NCBI GenBank assembly: GCA_964441745.1
Contig: CAYTYR010000004.1
Coordinates: forward strand, 62,001-113,730
Direction: 5' to 3'
Source: an uncultured Clostridia bacterium
GTDB taxonomy: Bacteria > CAYTYR01 > UBA6262
Length of the DNA stretch: 51,730 bases
The translations under genes were made by a program, and so were the position numbers. The notes beneath the pieces were generated by a model, which saw only the letters and a program-made list of their open reading frames with translations, did no database searches and was not told the DNA's origin. Positions 37,069 to 44,600 of this stretch are shown here, in pieces (the first letter of the stretch is position 1; each line of letters starts with the position of its first letter).

Positions 37069-37314
37069 GTGGGGAATCATTCAATAGCATTTTGGTTCGG
37101 GGTTGGTTTACTGACCGTCAATCCAATCATTGGTTGGGGCGGAGCGGCGCTGTGCGGTTATTTAGCCCTGAAGACCAAAAAAAGAAGATTCTACGCCATG
37201 CTGGGGACCAGTATTTATGTTTTAAGCTGGATCATGCTCTTAATTGGCGGCTGGTTGGCCGGGCCCGAAGGGTATGTCCTGGTTAAAGATCTATTTTTCA
37301 AAATAGTAAAATAA
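37069..37314 (+). CDS. Small hypothetical membrane protein
   Basis: 81 aa with two hydrophobic segments; fills the gap between xerD and the helicase. Confidence 0.6.
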   Translation: MGNHSIAFWFGVGLLTVNPIIGWGGAALCGYLALKTKKRRFYAMLGTSIYVLSWIMLLIGGWLAGPEGYVLVKDLFFKIVK

Positions 37315-37333
37315 AAAAAGAGAGAAGGAAATT

Positions 37334-38458
37334 ATGCCGTTACTTAATAACAATGCAAAGCACAGTTTTTATGAACTGGGAGTCGCTCCCAAAGTACTGG
37401 AAATACTCGATCGGCTAAAATTCAAAATACCAACGCCTATCCAGTTTAAAGCTATTCCGATAGCTAGCGAAGGAAAAGATATGATCGGTATTGCCCAAAC
37501 CGGCACCGGGAAGACCCTGGCATTCGCTATTCCCATGATCCAGCAGTTAGCCCAAAAAAGCGGCCGCGGCCTGGTCCTGGTTCCAACCAGAGAATTGGCG
37601 ATCCAGGTGAACGATGTCTTTCAAAAAATAGTTCCTGCTTTTAATATGCGTACCGCTGTGCTTATTGGCGGGGCATCCCTGATCAACCAGATCATTGAAC
37701 TGCGTAAAAATCCACGGATTATCATCGCTACGCCTGGGCGCCTGATCGATCTGCTGGACCGCCAGAATATCCGGCTCGATGATGCTAATATTTTGGTACT
37801 GGATGAAGCGGACCGTATGCTGGATATGGGTTTTGCCCCACAGATAGACCGGATCCTGAGAAATGTGCCCCGCGACAGGCAGACGATGTTGTTCTCGGCA
37901 ACCATGCCGCAGGAGATCGTCAAGATCGCCACACACCACATGAAACTGCCGGTACGCGTGGAAATGGCTAGAGCCGGGACAGCCGCGGAAAAAGTCACTC
38001 ATGAACTTTTCTTTGTCCGGAAAGAAGAGAAATCAGAATTGCTGAAAAAAGTATTGGCGCAGTATCATGGTTCGATTTTGGTATTTTGCCGGACCAAGCA
38101 TGGTACCAGAAAGATCGCCAGGCATGTGCGGAGCATGGGCTATAATTCAGCGGAGATACATTCTGACCGAACCCTGGGCCAGCGGCAGGAAGCCATGGCC
38201 GGATTTAAATCCGGCCGTTATCGCGTGCTGGTGGCGACAGATATTGCGGCCCGGGGGATAGATGTAGTGGGCATAGAAGTGGTCATAAATTATGATTTGC
38301 CGGATGAAGCGGAGAATTACGTGCACCGTATCGGCCGCACCGGCCGGGCCGGCCATCCAGGACATGCTATTGCTTTTGCCACGCCTGAACAGCGCAAAGA
38401 TGTGCGCGCTATAGAACAGCTTATCCGGGTTGCTCTCCCGGTATCAAAACGTTTTTAA
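37334..38458 (+). CDS. DEAD-box RNA helicase (core only, RhlE-like)
   Basis: PTPIQ, AQTGTGKT, PTRELA, TPGR, DEAD, SAT, ARGID, HRIGRTGRAG. Confidence 0.96.
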   Translation: MPLLNNNAKHSFYELGVAPKVLEILDRLKFKIPTPIQFKAIPIASEGKDMIGIAQTGTGKTLAFAIPMIQQLAQKSGRGLVLVPTRELAIQVNDVFQKIVPAFNMRTAVLIGGASLINQIIELRKNPRIIIATPGRLIDLLDRQNIRLDDANILVLDEADRMLDMGFAPQIDRILRNVPRDRQTMLFSATMPQEIVKIATHHMKLPVRVEMARAGTAAEKVTHELFFVRKEEKSELLKKVLAQYHGSILVFCRTKHGTRKIARHVRSMGYNSAEIHSDRTLGQRQEAMAGFKSGRYRVLVATDIAARGIDVVGIEVVINYDLPDEAENYVHRIGRTGRAGHPGHAIAFATPEQRKDVRAIEQLIRVALPVSKRF

Positions 38459-38474
38459 GAGAGTAAAATTAGTA

Positions 38475-38503
38475 TTGCTTTTTAAGTTGAAATAATATAT
38501 AAA
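38475..38503 (+). promoter_or_regulatory. Possible promoter of the barrel operon
   Basis: TTGCTT, 17 nt spacer, TATAAA in AT-rich DNA, about 145 nt upstream of the ATG. Confidence 0.4.
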
Positions 38504-38648
38504 TATGTGTCATAAAATCATCAGGAGCAGATTAGTAAGGCGAAGCAATTTTTAAGACTCCAGGTATCGTGCCCAGCTTTTGCTTTTGTATTTGTAATTA
38601 GATGTGTAAAGATACTTAGTAATAATACTATAAGAAAAGGAGAATGGC

Positions 38649-40262
38649 ATGAAGCATACTTCTGTGCTGGTAAGAAAACCAGGCTATTTGTGGCTGTTTA
38701 TCGTCACTTTTGTAGCGATAGCCTCTATGGGTCACGCCCTGGAGAATATCAGGATCGTCAATGAGCTGACTCTTGGTTACAACAGTATTTCCGGAGATGG
38801 CAAGGACCAGTCCTCTCTTTCCAAAGGGTATCGGTACCTGAACATACTGGGTCTTAATGGCAATGGGGTCTTAGCCAATGGTTACGAATACCAGTATTTA
38901 GGCGGGTTCAAACTTACTAATGATATTCGTAATGATCTGAAAAATATTTCAGTGACCAATCTTCAGGCCAGGTTCAGTAATAATATCAATACGTACACTG
39001 CCGGCGATGTGTTGGAGTATTTTTCCCAATATTCATTGAACAGCGCTTTAAAAGGTGTTTCCTACCGGTATACTGATCCTAATTCGCCACTGCAGAATGT
39101 AGGACTCATCTATGGTATCGCTTATCCCCGTTGGGATAATTTTGGCGGAGAGGATGAGCTGAAAGCTATCCGCCGGCATGCGCTCGGCGGCACTATCCGC
39201 CATGCTTTCACTCCTGAGTTTACCGCCGGTTTGAGTCTCGTGCAGGCTTTTGACGAGACCGGCACCCGGGTGCTGGAAACCGACCCGGCTTACTCGAACG
39301 GTGTTTATGCTGTTGACGCTGAATATAATCCATTCCCGGGATTGCTCCTGAACAGCGAATTAGCCTTGTCCAATATCACCGCCAAGGTAAAAGATATGGC
39401 TGATGATTCTGACTCTGGTTCAGCTTTCAAGATCAGCGGCGTAGGCACTGGCGGTCCCAGCCGCGTATCCGCTGAATTTGAACGGGTCTCGACTGATTTT
39501 ATGAGCTTGATGGGCGCGGCCACTCCTGACCGTGAAAAATTTAAGACCCAGTGGCGCTATAATTATAGTACAGATATTACTACCAGGCTGGGGGTCCTCT
39601 GGTACCGCAACAACCTGGATGATAAACTAACAGATACTACGAATTCCCTGCGGCCGGAAGCAGGCGTGACCATCCGCAATGTTTTTATGCGTTCGACTGC
39701 TACCGCCGATCTCGATTACAAGCTTTTCAGCCAGACTACCGGCGATGTCGAAACTCTCGACAATATCTTTAATATTAATTACCGCGACCAATTTAATAAT
39801 TTTGACACTGATTCCAATGTTGGCCTTACCTTATATAGCACCGAGACGGATATCAGGGACACGACAGAATTTACTTTGAACACCAGTATCGGTACCCAGT
39901 ACCAATTACAGGAGATGAACCTGCGTCCCAATCTCTCCCTGGGTGTCTGGAATATGAGCGATGACCTGGTCAGTAAATCCAACAGTATTTTTGAATACGC
40001 GCTGGGATCAGCCCTGGAAATGCCTGCGCAGAATATCGTCGCACGCGTGCGCCTGGGACAAAATATGCTGGAAAATGACATCTCGGCCGAAGACTCGAAT
40101 AAGTTTTTCTTCAGCGGCGATGTTTATTACCGGCCTGATTTCCTGGCTCAATATAAAGCTACCATGTTCGTAAAAATATTCTACAATTCATTTAACTATA
40201 CTACAACCACGAATAATTTCCGTGAAACCGGGTTTCAGACCGGTTTGAACACCCAGTTTTAG
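38649..40262 (+). CDS. Uncharacterised outer-membrane beta-barrel protein
   Basis: Sec signal peptide (..MGHA/LE), alternating amphipathic strands rich in Y/F/G/N/T, C-terminal FQTGLNTQF resembling a BAM beta-signal; SD AAGGAG. Confidence 0.75.
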   Translation: MKHTSVLVRKPGYLWLFIVTFVAIASMGHALENIRIVNELTLGYNSISGDGKDQSSLSKGYRYLNILGLNGNGVLANGYEYQYLGGFKLTNDIRNDLKNISVTNLQARFSNNINTYTAGDVLEYFSQYSLNSALKGVSYRYTDPNSPLQNVGLIYGIAYPRWDNFGGEDELKAIRRHALGGTIRHAFTPEFTAGLSLVQAFDETGTRVLETDPAYSNGVYAVDAEYNPFPGLLLNSELALSNITAKVKDMADDSDSGSAFKISGVGTGGPSRVSAEFERVSTDFMSLMGAATPDREKFKTQWRYNYSTDITTRLGVLWYRNNLDDKLTDTTNSLRPEAGVTIRNVFMRSTATADLDYKLFSQTTGDVETLDNIFNINYRDQFNNFDTDSNVGLTLYSTETDIRDTTEFTLNTSIGTQYQLQEMNLRPNLSLGVWNMSDDLVSKSNSIFEYALGSALEMPAQNIVARVRLGQNMLENDISAEDSNKFFFSGDVYYRPDFLAQYKATMFVKIFYNSFNYTTTTNNFRETGFQTGLNTQF

Positions 40263-40271
40263 GAGGCTGAG

Positions 40272-41579
40272 ATGAAAAAATTATCATTACTATTCCTGTT
40301 CGTTCTGACCGCAGCCCTGTTCTTAAGTAATGCTGCCGACGCAAAATGGTGGATCTTCGGCCAGTCCAAGGATGAGATCACGATCAAATATCTTTACTTG
40401 AACGGCGTTTCTTTTGATGAAGGCGGCAAAAAGGTTATGCTCACCACAGACGCCTTGCCTAATGGTTTGATCAACATTAAAGGCAAAGCAGCAGCGGGAA
40501 CCGGCAAGATCGGCGCGGTCACCGTTACTACGGATAACAAAGTAAAATGGGAAAAAGCCAAATTGGACAAGGACGGCACTTTTGATTACAGCTTCACTGC
40601 CCAGCCAGATAAAACCTATGATATTTATGTCAAGATCATGGATACCCGCGGCAAGACCAATAATGTGGATGATACCTATAAACGCGTGGTAGTTTCTCCC
40701 GTAAAAATGAGAGATATGATTCAGCAGGTCCTGGACGGCTTGGTAGATGCTTACCAGAATGAGAATGCCGCGAAGTTCAATACCTTTATCAGTGAAAATT
40801 TTGCTGCTGACAAAAATATCCTGGACCGGGCGGTCAGAAAAGATTTCAGCGCGTTTGACCAGATCAGCCTGAGATACACCCTGAATAACGTAACCATGGA
40901 TGCCAAGGGTAACATTTCCGTCTCCTTGACCTTTAACCGGACAGTGACTTCTGCCCAAAGCGGACAGACCTTGAGTGATACCGGAGCGACTGAATTTCTC
41001 TTCCGGTCAGGAGAGGATGGGCCGAAAGTATATTCCATGAAATTCCCGCTGATCTTCGGCTTGAGCGATACCAGTGAAATAGCTACAGGACAGGTAACCA
41101 CCGGCAATAGCGGTACTTTGATCTCTGTCTCAGAAACCGGAGCGGTAGTGAGCGGCAGCGGAGCAGGGGCGACCGGCGGCACAGGCAGTTCCGGTTCCGT
41201 GGCCACTATGACTTATAACAATGTCAGCTGGCCTGGCTGGTCATTTGAGAGTTTGTCTTTGTCTAACGGCACCAAAACTACCGAGTCTTGGGGCACTTCT
41301 TTTATTACCGGTGATTTTGGCCTTTATGGAGACAATCACCATTTAGTGACTGGTACCGGGGTGACCTACGTGGATATGGGGATCAGAAGCCTTTCTACCG
41401 TGACTTCAGCGCCAGCCAGCGGCTACACTACTTCTTTGGGCTCGGATAATATTGAGGCTGGACATTGCTATGTCTTTAAACTGCCTGGCGGGGCGTATGG
41501 CGCGATACAGATCATCAGCGCCACTATCCCGGTAACTACGCTCAGGTATAAATATTCAGCCAGCGGACCGGATTTTTAG
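40272..41579 (+). CDS. Secreted protein: Ig-like domain, NTF2/SnoaL-like domain, Gly/Ser/Thr linker, C-terminal beta domain
   Basis: Signal peptide (ADA/KWW); Ig-like I.GKA....I..V.VT.DN...W..A...F.YSF; helix-helix-sheet NTF2-like segment; GSGAGATGGTGSSGS linker; SD AGGAGG. Confidence 0.7.
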   Translation: MKKLSLLFLFVLTAALFLSNAADAKWWIFGQSKDEITIKYLYLNGVSFDEGGKKVMLTTDALPNGLINIKGKAAAGTGKIGAVTVTTDNKVKWEKAKLDKDGTFDYSFTAQPDKTYDIYVKIMDTRGKTNNVDDTYKRVVVSPVKMRDMIQQVLDGLVDAYQNENAAKFNTFISENFAADKNILDRAVRKDFSAFDQISLRYTLNNVTMDAKGNISVSLTFNRTVTSAQSGQTLSDTGATEFLFRSGEDGPKVYSMKFPLIFGLSDTSEIATGQVTTGNSGTLISVSETGAVVSGSGAGATGGTGSSGSVATMTYNNVSWPGWSFESLSLSNGTKTTESWGTSFITGDFGLYGDNHHLVTGTGVTYVDMGIRSLSTVTSAPASGYTTSLGSDNIEAGHCYVFKLPGGAYGAIQIISATIPVTTLRYKYSASGPDF

Positions 41580-41604
41580 ATCATTTTTTAAGATAACAAT
41601 ATCA

Positions 41605-41636
41605 CCAGGGTTGTCCTGATTTCAGGACAACCCTGG
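41605..41636. other. Perfect 15-bp inverted repeat within the operon
   Basis: CCAGGGTTGTCCTGA-tt-TCAGGACAACCCTGG; no U-tract; ends 8 nt before the next SD. Confidence 0.85.
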
Positions 41637-41655
41637 ATATTCTCAGGAGTTGCCC

Positions 41656-44600
41656 ATGAAACTGCGCTTCTTCCGTACGATGAACGCCATTCTTATTACG
41701 AACCTGGCGTTCTTTTTATTTTCCCCGGCTTTGGTTATAGCCGGTGAAGCTGACCAGGCTGCCTATGAAAGTTTTAAGGGAGCCTATGATACTTTCAAAG
41801 GCATATTCAAGGGTACCAAGGAAAAGGTGGACGGCACTACGGAGTTTTTCGGCAACTTTAATAGTAATATGAGCCAGTGGCGTAAAGCCTGCAGTGAAGA
41901 AATGCAGGATGAAGCTATCGAGAATATCACTGACATGACCAAAGAGCAAATGGGCGCCATTGATGACCTGGCGGCGAAACTATCGGAAATGACCGGGATG
42001 GACATACCGGAAAATATTCCTGCTGAGATCAAGAGTAAATTGAGCGCTAAACTGCTTGGTTCTCTCAGTGCAGACCAAGCTAAGAAATACGGCTATATGT
42101 ACACCCTGAGCTCCTTTGACCGCAAACTGCGCGACAACGGAGTCTACGAGAAACTGGGAGCCTTAAAAGAACAGTTTGACGCGGGTGAAGAGCTGCTGGG
42201 AAGCATTGATAATGCGGTTGAATTTGTGGATACTTTCAATCCTAATGGCGACGGTACTCCGACTAATAGCCTGAAAAAGATCAAAGGTGTGTTGGATTAT
42301 ATGGGCAAATTCACCGAAGAATTTCCGCTCATCGGTAAGATCATTGAAGGTTATGCCCAGGCAACCGAACATTTTATCGCGGCGCTGGATGACCTGGACA
42401 AGAAACTGAAAGACAGCCGGCAGGGTTCGCTGGGCGGTCAGATCGGCGTGGATATAGCGATCAAAAATAAAATATTCGCTGAAGCGCCGGAAGTAGCTGC
42501 TAACGAAGGACTGACCTGGTTCTCCATCAATGGTGAATATCCGGCTCTGGCCCCAATCCGCGGTTGGCGTGACCGGGATGTTGTGCTATATCATGGTAGC
42601 GACTCTGGTGACGGGCTGGTGGCTTTTATCAATGGCGCTGCCTTTGAAAAATTATACAAATATTACGTAGCCCTGAAAAAAAGTGATATTGCGGGGAATA
42701 AAAAACTGGTTGACCCTGATACTTTCATCGCCGCGGCCAGAGCTATCGGTTCAAAAAGCCTGGATACCCAGGATAAGAGATTTCGGGAAGACTACGCTCT
42801 CTTTGAAGGAGCGAACAACCGTGAATTTCTCGAAGTCCTGGAAGTGGCTGGCTGTCTCAATGAGGAAAAATTCCTGGTTAGTACTGCCGAGCGGGTAATG
42901 GAATACCGTATCTATATGCAGAAAGAAGACGAATTCTGCGGGCTGGAATATTTTAATAAGCAATTCCGTAATGATATCAGCTCACTGCGTTACAAATACC
43001 AGGGGAAAATGGCGGTGACCGGTGTCGTCAGGGCCAAGCCAGATTCACCCAGGATCGGCGATATCAGTATTCTCATCAATAGCCAGCCGGCTATCAAGTT
43101 TAAACGCAAGAGCGATTCAGAATGTTCCTACGGGACTATCCTGCCCAAGGGCCAGGAGTATAGTATTAATATCGGGGCCAAAGGTTTTAAACGGGTCAAT
43201 AAAAGCAATGTTAAGGAAACCTATTTGGTGACAGAAATTGAACCCACTCATGAAGGCAAGGTCCAGGCTAAGATAAACGGGTTGGATTCGATAACCGTCG
43301 AAACCAAAAATGATTATACGATTGAATTTGATTCCAATACCTTTAACGCGGATAAGCTTAAAGTGAAATGGACGATCGATGGTGTGGCGGCAGGAGAGGG
43401 CAAGACAGTTTCAGTGACCGCCAGCAAGGTCGGTAAGACCAATATTGCCGTTTATATTTACAGCCCTGATGGAGCAGTCTCTAAAGGATATTTCCAAAAA
43501 CCGGTGGAAGTGGTCAACCTCAAAAGCGATTACGGTATCACTCTTACCGTTCCTTCCAAAACTGTCGTTAGCCCGCAGCAATCATGCCTGATCACCGGCA
43601 AAATAGCTGCTACCAAGAAGGTCTATTTCCAGAGTCTCTCTACTACGGTCAAGGACGAAACCAGCGGCAAAATACTGCGGAATGATTCCTGGTTCAGTCC
43701 AGACCAGCTGAAAAATCCTTCCAGTTCAGAAGTGAACGTCAGTTTCCAGTCACCGGCGATAGCTGGAGAATATCCACTGACTTTTACGCTTAAAGGTAAG
43801 ACCGGCAAGGTTGAGGAAGTAATTTCTATCCAAAAAGTAGTCTATGTTGTTCCTACGGTCGTGATCAATTGTCCGGACAGCGTCAATGCTACGGATATGT
43901 TTGATGTCAATGTAGTTGTTCCGGCAGAGATGCCAGGTACTGTCGCTGATTATGCCTGGAATCCCTATGACAGCATTATTTCCGGTTCTGATTGGGGCCG
44001 GACCAAAACTGCTAATGTCAGGATGCAAATACGCAATGACCAGGTCCAACCAGGCAATAAGGTAGAAATTTCCTGCTATATGCAGGATGCCAAAAATAAA
44101 ACCCTGGCTATTGCCAGGAAAACCGTGACCGTCCTGCCCGTTTCTTTCGGCACCACTGCTCCGGGCAACTGGACTGGCGGTCCGGGTGAATTTAAACGTA
44201 CCCCGGCGGTACGTAAGAGAACTGATAAGGGCAAGGAAATAGACAGTGCCACTGTCAGCGGCACTATTAATGTGACTATGGAACGCGGCTCGAACAGCGT
44301 CTTTTACGACCCCAAGAAAATGCAAAAGTCTTTTGAAGAGCAGGCTGCCAAATGGGGTAGCAAAGTGGAAAAAATAACCATCGGCAATTTCACCGGTTCT
44401 TTTGCCGAGAGCCCGTTTACCAGCCGGGTCAAGGGGCATTGGGAATATGGTGACGTAGGTTTTCCGGAAGCCTCTGCATCCGGCAGTGCTTTGCTTTTCT
44501 GCGGCCAATTCTATATGCAAATAAGTTATTCGGTTTCCGGCAGTGGTTTTCGTGGCGGCCAAGGCCCTAACTTCTGGTGGGATGACCTGCCTTTTATCCT

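Noticed and set aside
38520-38590. c-di-GMP riboswitch ahead of the barrel operon
   Set aside because: Neither the class I (GGCAAA...GAAA...CGCAAA) nor the full class II consensus is present; only fragments on the opposite strand.
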